Below are positions 10,010-20,256 of a stretch of 64,000 nucleotides of DNA, in pieces; positions within the stretch are counted from its first letter, which is position 1, and each line of letters begins with the position of its first letter. The DNA is from an uncultured Ruminococcus sp. (lineage in GTDB: Bacteria; Bacillota; Clostridia; Oscillospirales; Ruminococcaceae). The notes beneath the pieces are model-generated. The model made no database searches and had not been told where the DNA came from. It saw only the letters and a list, made by a program, of their open reading frames with translations. The stretch is from contig CALXIQ010000036.1 in the NCBI GenBank assembly GCA_944388405.1, positions 301 through 64,300 of the forward strand, given 5' to 3'. The translations under genes were made by a program, and so were the position numbers.

Positions 10010-10121
10010 GCTGATCGTTAATTTTGTGTTTGGTTAAATTTTTCTTTTTATAAGAGAGATTGCTGCTTTTTTGTGGGCTGTGAGTATAAACGTCGTAATC
10101 GGCGGCAAAATAATTCCGTAG

Positions 10122-11432
<1,311 letters not shown>

Positions 11433-11801
11433 CATGAAAATATAGTAATATACCAAATGTTGTGCTCGGGCAACTTTATTGATACAGCCGATAGATTTCT
11501 TCGAACATTTAATGCATATTATAGAAAAATAAGTTGCATTTTGAGGAACAATTTATACTAAAATGGTATAAGTATTGCGAAAGTGTAGAGTAATTTGTTT
11601 AGCTGTGTTAATTTTTCGGGCTTTTCCTTGACTTGAAGGGCGAATTGTGTTAATATGAATTTAGAGGTTAGTATGTTGTAAATCATATTAATCATGTAAA
11701 TTTTCATATGTTTGATATGTATAATTTCAAACGTCTGATTTGTTTATATTGTTTAAATTTCGGTCTGCTTTTTGGCAGCCACTGAAAGGACTGATTTGTT
11801 G

Positions 11802-13877
11802 ATGGCAAAGGAATTTTTACAGGAATGGGAGGGCTTCAATCCCGGAAGATGGAGCACCTCTGTAAATGTCCGTGACTTTATACTGAAAAATTTTACTCCC
11901 TACGATGGCGACGAAAGCTTCCTTGCGGGACCTACCGAAGCGACAAATAAGCTGTGGCAGCAGGTAATGGAACTGTCGGAAAAGGAGCGTGAGGCAGGCG
12001 GAGTGCTTGATATGGATACCAAAATCGTATCCACAATAACTTCCCATAAAGCAGGGTATCTTGATAAGAATCTGGAGCAGATTGTAGGCTTCCAGACAGA
12101 TAAGCCCTTCAAGCGTTCCCTCCAGCCCTTCGGCGGAATCAGAATGGCTCAGAAAGCTTGCCAGGAGAACGGCTATGAGGTTGACCCTGAAGTCGTGGAG
12201 ATATTCACAAAATATCGAAAGACCCACAATCAGGGCGTTTTTGACGCATACACTCCCGAAATGAAGCTGGCAAGACACGCTGCTATTATTACCGGACTTC
12301 CCGACGCATACGGCAGAGGAAGAATTATCGGAGATTATCGAAGAGTTGCGCTTTACGGCGTAGATTTGCTTATCGAGGATAAGAAAAATCAGCTTGCTAC
12401 CTCGCTGGTAAGAATGACATCCAAGAACATCAGACTGAGAGAGGAGCTTGCAGAACAGCTGAGAGCGCTGGACGACCTGAAAAAACTGGGCGAGATTTAC
12501 GGCTTTGATATTTCCCGTCCCGCAAAGAACGCAAAAGAGGCTATTCAGTGGCTTTATTTCGGCTACCTTGCTGCTGTTAAGGAGCAGAACGGAGCCGCCA
12601 TGTCGCTGGGCAGAACCTCAACATTCCTTGATATTTATATTCAGCGTGACCTTGAAAAGGGTCTTATCACCGAGGAACAGGCACAGGAGTATATCGACCA
12701 CTTTATTATGAAGCTGCGTCTTGTTAAGTTTGCAAGAACTCCCGAGTACAATCAGCTGTTCTCCGGCGACCCCACCTGGGTAACCGAATCTATCGGCGGA
12801 GTTTCAATCGATGGCGTTCCTATGGTAACGAAAACCTCATTCAGGTATCTCCATACCCTTGACAATCTTGGACCTGCTCCCGAGCCTAATATGACGGTGC
12901 TGTGGTCGAAAAAGCTCCCTCAGAATTTCAAGAAGTTCTGTGCCAAGATGTCTATCAGAACCTCATCTATCCAGTATGAAAACGACGATATGATGAGAGT
13001 TACCCACGGCGACGATTACGCAATCGCCTGCTGTGTATCCTCCATGAGAATAGGCAAGGAAATGCAGTTCTTCGGAGCAAGAGCCAACCTGGCAAAATGT
13101 CTGCTGTATGCAATCAACGGCGGCGTTGACGAAAGACTGAAAATTCAGGTAGGACCAAAGTACAGACCCGTGGAAGGCGACTATCTTGACTTTGACGACG
13201 TAATGGAAAAGTACGAGGACATGATGGAATGGCTGGCAGGACTATATGTAAACACCCTCAACGTTATTCACTATATGCATGACAAGTACTGCTATGAAAA
13301 GATTCAGATGGCGCTTCACGACAGAGACGTAAAGAGATATTTCGCAACAGGAATCGCCGGACTTTCGGTAGTTGCCGATTCGCTGTCGGCTATCAAGTAC
13401 GCAAAGGTCAAGTGCATAAGAGATGAAAACGGAATTGTTACCGACTACGAGATTGAAGGCGATTTCCCCAAATACGGCAACAACGACGACAGAGTTGACA
13501 GCATTGCGGTGGACATCGTAACAAAGTTTATGAACATGATTAGAAAGCACCACACCTACCGTGACGGCGTGCCTACAATGTCTATTCTCACCATTACCTC
13601 AAACGTGGTTTACGGCAAGAAAACAGGAAACACCCCCGATGGCAGAAAAATGGGCGTACCTCTTGCACCGGGAGCAAATCCTATGCATGGCAGAGATACT
13701 CACGGAGCTGCGGCATCGCTGTCCTCAGTGGCAAAGCTGCCATTCAGACATGCTCAGGACGGTATTTCTAACACCTTTTCAATTGTGCCTGACGCTTTGG
13801 GTAAGGATTCTCAGGTATTTGTAGGCGACCTTGATATTGAAAGCATTGCAAAGGAGCTGAATTCTGATGGGGTATAA
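11802..13877 (+). CDS. pflB: Pyruvate formate-lyase catalytic core lacking the C-terminal glycyl-radical domain
   Basis: PFL sequence throughout with IACCVS active-site Cys pair and GANPMHGRD; ends 21 aa after SIVPDALGK with no RVSGY. Start ATG 11802 behind GAAAGGA. Confidence 0.93.
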   Translation: MAKEFLQEWEGFNPGRWSTSVNVRDFILKNFTPYDGDESFLAGPTEATNKLWQQVMELSEKEREAGGVLDMDTKIVSTITSHKAGYLDKNLEQIVGFQTDKPFKRSLQPFGGIRMAQKACQENGYEVDPEVVEIFTKYRKTHNQGVFDAYTPEMKLARHAAIITGLPDAYGRGRIIGDYRRVALYGVDLLIEDKKNQLATSLVRMTSKNIRLREELAEQLRALDDLKKLGEIYGFDISRPAKNAKEAIQWLYFGYLAAVKEQNGAAMSLGRTSTFLDIYIQRDLEKGLITEEQAQEYIDHFIMKLRLVKFARTPEYNQLFSGDPTWVTESIGGVSIDGVPMVTKTSFRYLHTLDNLGPAPEPNMTVLWSKKLPQNFKKFCAKMSIRTSSIQYENDDMMRVTHGDDYAIACCVSSMRIGKEMQFFGARANLAKCLLYAINGGVDERLKIQVGPKYRPVEGDYLDFDDVMEKYEDMMEWLAGLYVNTLNVIHYMHDKYCYEKIQMALHDRDVKRYFATGIAGLSVVADSLSAIKYAKVKCIRDENGIVTDYEIEGDFPKYGNNDDRVDSIAVDIVTKFMNMIRKHHTYRDGVPTMSILTITSNVVYGKKTGNTPDGRKMGVPLAPGANPMHGRDTHGAAASLSSVAKLPFRHAQDGISNTFSIVPDALGKDSQVFVGDLDIESIAKELNSDGV

Positions 13878-14079
13878 CGTTACAAAGGACGAAGAAAACG
13901 GACAGCTTGACGAGCTGGTGGAAATGATAGACCTGCTGATGGAAAGCGGCGACGGGCATATTACAATAAAAGCCGATGAAACGGAAGAGGGCATAAAGGT
14001 TAGAACCTTCAGGTCAAACGACTGCGGTGGCACAAAAGGCGCCTGCTGTCAGCCCAATGAGCAGATAGACGACGAGTAA
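13867..14079 (+). CDS. 70-aa acidic protein resembling the N-part of the glycyl-radical domain, with a C-x6-CC motif
   Basis: Own RBS AAGGAG (13851-13856), in-frame TGA directly upstream (13858), overlaps the pflB stop; similarity to the downstream domain visible by eye. Confidence 0.75.
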   Translation: MGYNVTKDEENGQLDELVEMIDLLMESGDGHITIKADETEEGIKVRTFRSNDCGGTKGACCQPNEQIDDE

Positions 14080-14126
14080 TCTAAGCCTATGTTAAAGTAA
14101 ATTATTATTATGAAAGGAAGATTTAT

Positions 14127-14378
14127 ATGGCAAATGTAGAACCAAACGAAAAACAGGTTGATAATCTGGTTGAACTTCTTGATGGTTATGTGGAAAAAGG
14201 CGGACATCACCTCAACGTAAATGTATTTACAAGAGAAACCCTGCTGGACGCTCAGAAGCACCCCGAAAAGTATCCTCAGCTTACTGTAAGGGTATCGGGA
14301 TACGCCGTTAATTTTGTAAAGCTTACCAAAGAGCAGCAGGACGACGTTATCTCCAGAACATTCCACAACCAAATCTGA
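14127..14378 (+). CDS. grcA: Autonomous glycyl-radical domain (GrcA/YfiD-like; the C-terminal domain of PFL)
   Basis: [21 protein letters not shown]...[15 protein letters not shown]...RTFH; own RBS GAAAGGAAG. Confidence 0.93.
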   Translation: MANVEPNEKQVDNLVELLDGYVEKGGHHLNVNVFTRETLLDAQKHPEKYPQLTVRVSGYAVNFVKLTKEQQDDVISRTFHNQI

Positions 14379-14389
14379 TAGCTATGTGC

Positions 14390-14419
14390 AAACAGGGCGC
14401 TTAAAGGCGTCCTGTTTTT
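14390..14419 (+). terminator. Intrinsic terminator after grcA
   Basis: AAACAGGGCGC-TTAAA-GGCGTCCTGTTTTT. Confidence 0.8.
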
Positions 14420-14485
14420 GTTTTGGAGGGATTTGAAAGACAGGTTGTGTTTTCGCTAAAAACATGGTATAATAAAAATAGTAGT

Positions 14486-14596
14486 TAGAAGCTAGAAACT
14501 AGAGGCTAGACAACGGGGAGGAAATTTTTTCTTACCTTTAACACAAAGCAGGTAAGGACAGTTCTTGCCTCTTGCCTCTAAATATCTTGCTTCTGG
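14486..14596 (+). repeat. Inverted heptamer-repeat element in the pflA 5'UTR
   Basis: tagaagc-tagaaac-tagaggc-tagacaa (14486-14513) facing tcttgcc-tcttgcc-tcta...tcttgct-tctgg (14563-14596), with inner stem CTTACCT/AGGTAAG. Confidence 0.7.
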
Positions 14597-14612
14597 AAAC
14601 GAGGTGTTGTTT

Positions 14613-15371
14613 ATGGAAGGATATATTCATTCGACCGAAAGCTTCGGAACGGTTGACGGTCCGGGGATAAGGTTTGTTATATTTATGCAGGGCTGTCCTA
14701 TGAGGTGCAAATACTGTCACAATCCGGATACCTGGGCGATAGGCAAAGGCGAGGTGCGGACGGCGGAAAGTCTGCTGGAGGAATATGAATCATACAAGGA
14801 ATTTTTAAAAAACGGCGGAATAACCTGCACAGGCGGAGAACCCCTTTTGCAGCTGGATTTTGTCACCGAGCTGTTTGAAAAGGCAAAACAACGCAAAATC
14901 CACACCTGCCTTGATACGTCGGGAATAACCTTTATGCCGGAAAATGAGCAGGTGGTGGAAAAATTTAAAAAGCTGATGAAATATACTGACCTTGTTATGC
15001 TGGATATTAAGCATATAGACGACGAGGAGCATAAAAAGCTGACAGGCCACAGCAATAAAAATATTCTGGCGTTTGCCGAATTTTTAAGCAAAGAGGGCAC
15101 AGAACTTTGGGTGCGTCATGTGGTAGTGCCGGGAATAACCGATAATGATAAATATCTTCACGACTTGGGATATTTCCTTGGAGGACTGAAAAATCTCAAA
15201 GCGCTTGACGTTCTGCCTTATCACACCATGGGAAAGGCAAAATATGAACAGCTTGGAATGGAGTATCCTCTTGGAGATACCCCTGCGGCGGATAAGTCTC
15301 TTGCGGTTCACGCCAAGGAGATAATTATGGAGGGTTTAAAGGACAGGTTGAGAAAAAAGGAGGGTGAATAA
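14613..15371 (+). CDS. pflA: Pyruvate formate-lyase activating enzyme (radical SAM)
   Basis: GYIHSTESFGTVDGPGIRFVIFMQGCPMRCKYCHNPDTW; start ATG 14613 behind GAGGTG. Confidence 0.95.
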   Translation: MEGYIHSTESFGTVDGPGIRFVIFMQGCPMRCKYCHNPDTWAIGKGEVRTAESLLEEYESYKEFLKNGGITCTGGEPLLQLDFVTELFEKAKQRKIHTCLDTSGITFMPENEQVVEKFKKLMKYTDLVMLDIKHIDDEEHKKLTGHSNKNILAFAEFLSKEGTELWVRHVVVPGITDNDKYLHDLGYFLGGLKNLKALDVLPYHTMGKAKYEQLGMEYPLGDTPAADKSLAVHAKEIIMEGLKDRLRKKEGE

Positions 15372-15424
15372 GCTTTCTTGGACAACCTGAGCAAAGACGC
15401 CGGGTCCTTTTGCAATGTCCTTCC

Positions 15425-15453
15425 TTGACAATACGCAAAAAGTGTAGTATACT
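15425..15453 (+). promoter_or_regulatory. Sigma70-type promoter of the hyd maturase operon
   Basis: TTGACA-17 bp-TATACT. Confidence 0.75.
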
Positions 15454-15459
15454 GAACTT

Positions 15460-15620
15460 GTGGCAAGGGGAAAGAATCTCTGACTCCGAACCCTTGATTT
15501 TATCTTACCGAAAGATATGTTCTGACGGAAAAGGCTTGAAATAATGACGTTTGCGCGGCTGTTTGGTTAGACGGTCTGCATTGTTGTGTCCCTGCCTTTT
15601 TCGGCGGGGATTTTTGTTTT
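15460..15620 (+). promoter_or_regulatory. Structured ~160-nt 5' leader ending in an intrinsic terminator (candidate attenuator/riboswitch)
   Basis: Stems CAAGGG/CCCTTG, TATCT/AGATA, GGCTGTTT/AGACGGTC, then TCCCTGCC/GGCGGGGA + TTTTTGTTTT just before the first RBS. Confidence 0.55.
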
Positions 15621-15633
15621 AAGAAGGGCTGAT

Positions 15634-15894
15634 ATGAACAGAATTGCGCTTATTGGAATTATGGTTGAGGACAGGTTTGCGGCAGGCAGAATAAACGAGG
15701 TTTTACATCAGTACGGAAAATATATTATCGGAAGAATGGGTATTCCTAACGCTAAGGAGCATCTCAGCGTAATAAGCGTTGTGCTGGACGCTCCCGCCGA
15801 TGTGATAAGCGCCCTCTCAGGAAAGCTGGGAATGATTAAAGGCGTTTCCTCAAAAACCATCTATTCAAAGCTTGAGGACAGTAAGGGGGAATAG
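15634..15894 (+). CDS. TM1266-family putative iron-only hydrogenase system regulator (ACT/NikR-C-like)
   Basis: RIALIGIMVE...INEVLHQY...IIGRMGIP...SVISVVLDA...ISALSGKLG...V..K pattern; lies directly before hydE-hydG-hydF. Confidence 0.8.
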   Translation: MNRIALIGIMVEDRFAAGRINEVLHQYGKYIIGRMGIPNAKEHLSVISVVLDAPADVISALSGKLGMIKGVSSKTIYSKLEDSKGE

Positions 15895-15896
15895 TT

Positions 15897-16946
15897 ATCA
15901 GCAAAAACATTTCACTTATTGACAAGCTTTATAACACCTGTGAGCTGAGCCGTGAGGAATACGCTTATCTTATAGCAAACCGTGATGATGAATCTGCACA
16001 GTATCTGTTTTCTCTTGCACGAAGGGTAAGAGAAAAATACTACGGCAAAAAGGTGTATATCAGAGGGCTTATCGAGTTTACAAACTACTGCAAAAACGAC
16101 TGCCTTTACTGTGGAATACGCCGTTCCAATAAAAACGCTGAACGCTACCGATTGGAAAAGTCCGAAATTCTGGACTGCTGTAAAGAGGGCTGGAAGCTGG
16201 GTTTCAGAACCTTTGTGTTGCAGGGCGGGGAAGACGGTTTCTATTCCGTCGAAAAGATATGCGGCATAGTCAGAGGGATAAAAGAACTTTTCCCAGATTG
16301 TGCGGTTACTTTGTCTATCGGCGAGAAAAGCCGTGAAAGCTATCAGGCGTATTTTGACGCCGGTGCGGATCGGTATCTTTTGAGGCATGAAACCGCAGAC
16401 GACGACCATTATGCAAGACTACATCCAAAGGAGCTTTCGGCTCAGAACCGCCGCAGGTGCTTATATGATCTGAAAGAAATCGGATATCAGGTGGGAGCAG
16501 GATTTATGGTGGGTTCGCCATATCAGACAGCCGATAATCTTGCTTCTGATATGATGTTCATAAAAGACTTTAAACCTCATATGGTTGGAATAGGTCCTTT
16601 TGTTCCGCACCACGATACTCCGCTTGCAAACGAAAAACCCGGCACCCTTGAGCTTACGCTTTTTATGCTGGGGCTTATAAGACTTACGTTGCCATCGGTT
16701 TTGCTGCCTGCCACTACCGCACTGGGAACTATAGACCCTCAGGGTAGGGAAAAAGGCGTGCTTGCCGGAGCAAATGTTGTAATGCCGAATCTTTCTCCTA
16801 TGAGCGTGAGAAACAAGTATATGCTGTACGACAACAAGATAAGCACCGGCAGTGAGTCGGCGCAGAGCGTTGACGATCTGAAAAAAAGAATGTCGCAAAT
16901 CGGTTACGATGTAGTGGTAGACCGGGGAGATGCGATTAAGCCTTAA
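15897..16946 (+). CDS. hydE: [FeFe]-hydrogenase H-cluster radical SAM maturase HydE (no ATG/GTG/TTG at the expected start)
   Basis: YIRGLIEFTNYCKNDCLYCGIR, YLLRHETA, LLPATTALG, GANVVMPN. HydE-like N-terminus (LIDKL...LFSLARRVREKYYG) extends in frame upstream of the ORF-track GTG at 16053. Confidence 0.88.
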   Translation: MSKNISLIDKLYNTCELSREEYAYLIANRDDESAQYLFSLARRVREKYYGKKVYIRGLIEFTNYCKNDCLYCGIRRSNKNAERYRLEKSEILDCCKEGWKLGFRTFVLQGGEDGFYSVEKICGIVRGIKELFPDCAVTLSIGEKSRESYQAYFDAGADRYLLRHETADDDHYARLHPKELSAQNRRRCLYDLKEIGYQVGAGFMVGSPYQTADNLASDMMFIKDFKPHMVGIGPFVPHHDTPLANEKPGTLELTLFMLGLIRLTLPSVLLPATTALGTIDPQGREKGVLAGANVVMPNLSPMSVRNKYMLYDNKISTGSESAQSVDDLKKRMSQIGYDVVVDRGDAIKP

Positions 16947-16980
16947 ATTTTGACACTAAAATTTTATATAAGAAAGAAGA

Positions 16981-18435
16981 ATGGATATGTACAACCCGAA
17001 ATCTTTAAAAGCAGAGGAATTTATCAATCACGAGGAGATACTTGAAACTCTTGATTATGCTGAGAAAAACAAGCATAACCGTGAACTGATTGAGCAGATT
17101 CTTGAAAAGGCAAAGCCCAGAAAGACCGATAAAGGCGTTGAGTGCGCAGGTCTTTCTCACAGAGAGGCAAGCGTTCTGCTGGCGTGCGACATTCCCGACA
17201 TGACCGAGAAAATGTATCAGCTGGCAAGAGATATAAAGGAGGCTTTCTACGGCAACCGAATTGTTATGTTCGCCCCGCTGTATCTTTCCAATTACTGCGT
17301 AAACAAGTGCGTTTACTGCCCCTATCACTATCAGAACAGAACAATTCCCAGAAAGAAGCTTACTCAGGAGGAGGTAGCCAAGGAGGTTATTGCCTTGCAG
17401 GACATGGGTCACAAGCGTCTTGCCATCGAGGCTGGAGAGGACCCGGTGAACAATCCTATCGAGTATATTCTTGAGTGCATAAAAACAATTTATTCTATAA
17501 AGCACAAAAACGGTGCAATCCGCAGAGTTAATGTAAACATTGCCGCAACCACCGTGGAAAACTACCGTAAGCTTAAAGAAGCAGGCATCGGAACCTACAT
17601 ACTTTTCCAGGAGACCTACCACAAGGAAAGCTACGAAAAGCTTCACCCGGCAGGACCAAAGCACAACTATGCTTATCACACCGAGGCTATGGACAGAGCC
17701 ATGGAGGGCGGAATAGACGATGTTGGACTTGGGGTTCTGTTTGGTCTGGAACTGTACAAGTATGAATTTGCCGGACTGCTTATGCACGCCGAGCACCTTG
17801 AAGCCGTTCACGGAGTAGGTCCTCACACCATCAGCGTGCCCAGAGTAAAGCACGCCGACGACATCGACCCCGACGTTTTTGACAACGGCATTGACGACGA
17901 TACCTTTGCTAAGATAATCGCCTGCATCAGAATTGCCGTGCCTTATACGGGAATGATTATCTCCACAAGAGAAAACCAGTCCTGCCGCGATAAGGTGCTG
18001 GGTCTGGGAATTTCTCAGATTTCCGGCGGTTCAAGAACCTCGGTAGGGGGCTATGCGGGATATACTTCTGAGGAAAGACCGCACGATACAGAGCAGTTTG
18101 ACGTTTCCGACCAGCGTTCTCTCGACGAGGTTGTAAAGTGGCTGATGGATCTGGGATATATTCCGTCATTCTGCACCGCCTGCTACCGTGAGGGAAGAAC
18201 CGGCGACAGATTTATGAGCCTTTGCAAAACGGGTCAGATTCAAAACTGCTGTCACCCTAACGCTCTTATGACATTGAAGGAATATCTTGAAGATTACGCT
18301 TCCCCGGAAACCAAAGAGGTAGGAGAGAAGCTTATTACTGAGGAGCTTAAAAAGATACCCAACGAAAAGGCAAGAAAGCTTGCAACGGAATATATCGAAA
18401 ACATTCACCTCGGCAAGCGGGATTTCAGATTCTGA
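16981..18435 (+). CDS. hydG: [FeFe]-hydrogenase H-cluster radical SAM maturase HydG
   Basis: FAPLYLSNYCVNKCVYC plus C-terminal CTAC-x22-C second-cluster motif (SFCTACYR...NCCHPN). Confidence 0.93.
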   Translation: MDMYNPKSLKAEEFINHEEILETLDYAEKNKHNRELIEQILEKAKPRKTDKGVECAGLSHREASVLLACDIPDMTEKMYQLARDIKEAFYGNRIVMFAPLYLSNYCVNKCVYCPYHYQNRTIPRKKLTQEEVAKEVIALQDMGHKRLAIEAGEDPVNNPIEYILECIKTIYSIKHKNGAIRRVNVNIAATTVENYRKLKEAGIGTYILFQETYHKESYEKLHPAGPKHNYAYHTEAMDRAMEGGIDDVGLGVLFGLELYKYEFAGLLMHAEHLEAVHGVGPHTISVPRVKHADDIDPDVFDNGIDDDTFAKIIACIRIAVPYTGMIISTRENQSCRDKVLGLGISQISGGSRTSVGGYAGYTSEERPHDTEQFDVSDQRSLDEVVKWLMDLGYIPSFCTACYREGRTGDRFMSLCKTGQIQNCCHPNALMTLKEYLEDYASPETKEVGEKLITEELKKIPNEKARKLATEYIENIHLGKRDFRF

Positions 18436-18474
18436 TTTAAATTGACGTTATAAATTTCAAGGAGGAAACACGCT

Positions 18475-19677
18475 ATGAGTCTTAACACAACCCCATCATC
18501 AGACAGAGTACACATTGGCATTTTCGGAAGAAGAAACGCAGGAAAGTCCAGCGTCATAAACGCCCTGACCGGGCAGAAATTAGCTATCGTTTCGGAAGTC
18601 CTCGGCACTACCACCGACCCGGTGTCAAAGGCAATGGAACTGCTCCCACTGGGTCCTGTGGTGATGATAGACACCCCGGGACTTGACGACGACGGCGAGC
18701 TGGGAAAGCTGAGAGTGCAGAAGGCTTTGCAGGCGCTTAACAAGACGGATATTGCAGTGGTGGTAATAGACGGCAGTCAGGGCAGGACAGATGCGGACGA
18801 AGCGGTAATAAAACGTATCAAGGATAAGGGAATACCCTACATCGTGGTTTACAACAAGTCTGATATAAACGCTCCCCAGACGTTTAGCGAAAACGAAATT
18901 GCAGTCAGCGCCGAAACGGGAGAAAACATAAACGAACTTAAAGAGCGTTTAGCAAGGCTTGTCCCTGAGAAAACCCACGAGTTTCCCATAATCGCCGACA
19001 AGGTTGAAAAGGGCGATTTTGTGGTGCTTGTAATTCCCATAGATTCGGCAGCACCTAAGGGCAGAATTATTCTTCCCCAGCAGCAGGTTATAAGAGAATT
19101 GCTGGAGTGTGGCTGCACCTCGGTAGTATGCCGCGAGCATGAGCTGGCGGACACTTTGCGTGATTTAGGCAAGAAACCTAAATATGTCGTTACCGATTCT
19201 CAGGCGTTTGCACGGGTTTCAAAGGACACTCCGGAGGACATCTGCCTTACCTCCTTTTCAATTCTGTTTTCCCGTCACAAAGGAAACCTTGAGATTCAGG
19301 CGAGGGGAGCGGCTATGCTTGACAAGCTCCGGGACGGAGATACAGTGCTTATCTCCGAGGGCTGTACTCATCATCGACAGTGCGAGGATATCGGAACGGT
19401 AAAGCTGCCCGGCTGGATCAAAAAGCATACGGGCAAGAATATCAACTTTGAGTTTACCAGCGGAACCGAGTTTCCATACGACCTTTCCAAATACAGCTTG
19501 ATAATTCACTGCGGAGGCTGTATGCTTAACGAACGGGAGATGAAATATCGAATAAAGTGCGCTATCGACGCCGGAGTTCCTATTACAAATTACGGTACGG
19601 CAATAGCGTATATGAACGGAATACTCAAACGAAGCCTGGAGATTTTTCCGGAGATTTCAAAAAAGGTGTTTGATTAA
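18475..19677 (+). CDS. hydF: [FeFe]-hydrogenase H-cluster maturation GTPase HydF
   Basis: GRRNAGKS P-loop, GTTTDPV, DTPG, NKSD, CTHH and HCGGC Fe-S ligands. Confidence 0.95.
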   Translation: MSLNTTPSSDRVHIGIFGRRNAGKSSVINALTGQKLAIVSEVLGTTTDPVSKAMELLPLGPVVMIDTPGLDDDGELGKLRVQKALQALNKTDIAVVVIDGSQGRTDADEAVIKRIKDKGIPYIVVYNKSDINAPQTFSENEIAVSAETGENINELKERLARLVPEKTHEFPIIADKVEKGDFVVLVIPIDSAAPKGRIILPQQQVIRELLECGCTSVVCREHELADTLRDLGKKPKYVVTDSQAFARVSKDTPEDICLTSFSILFSRHKGNLEIQARGAAMLDKLRDGDTVLISEGCTHHRQCEDIGTVKLPGWIKKHTGKNINFEFTSGTEFPYDLSKYSLIIHCGGCMLNEREMKYRIKCAIDAGVPITNYGTAIAYMNGILKRSLEIFPEISKKVFD

Positions 19678-19679
19678 AC

Positions 19680-20256
19680 GCCGGTGATTACAATCTTGGC
19701 AGGCTGTTAAAAAGTTTTGCCGGAGCTGTAATCTTTTGCGAAGCATACTCTGTCCGCCTGATTTTCCTGATTCAGAAAAGAGGCTTTTCTGCAGATTTTC
19801 CATGAAATTTTTAATGCAGCGCAGGACAGCCTCAATGGAAGTGAAACCTGCTCTTTGCTGATTTACAGACTGATTTTGCTGATGAGCAAAAACTTCTTTG
19901 AAAATCAGAATGTGAGAATAGTCAGAAAAGAAATACTCCTTGAAGCTGTCAGGTTTATGAACGAGCAATTTGCTCAGGACATCACTCTGGAACAGCTTGC
20001 GGAAATAGCGGGAGTTTCCGTGCAGCATTTCTGCCGCTGTTTCAAAGAGCGAATGGGAATGAGACCTGTCGAATATCTTGCCAGACGGAGAATTGCCCAG
20101 TCAAAGCACCTGCTTCTGAACACAGATAAAAGCATTGAGGAAATTGCGCAGGAGGTGGGGTATCACGGAGCAACTTATTTCGGAATGGTTTTTCGCAGAT
20201 ACGAGGGTATGACCCCAAGTGAGTTTCGTAAATCAAAAGGCTTGCTTAGCCTGTGA
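19680..20256 (+). pseudogene. 5'-truncated AraC-family regulator (HTH domain intact)
   Basis: DITLEQLAEIAGVSVQHFCRCFK...SIEEIAQEVGY...YFGMVFRRYEGMTPSEFR. Frame is open only from 19771 with no RBS/start and no room for a cupin domain after hydF. Confidence 0.65.

Noticed and set aside
11640-11760. Rex/Fnr-like boxes upstream of pflB
   Set aside because: Candidates such as TTGTAAATCATATTAATCA need wrong spacing or several mismatches.
13801-14130. Programmed or artefactual frameshift joining pflB to the downstream ORFs
   Set aside because: The +1 frame has TGA at 13858 immediately before its own RBS-led ATG, and the true radical domain is 250 nt further on with its own RBS, so three independent genes fit better.
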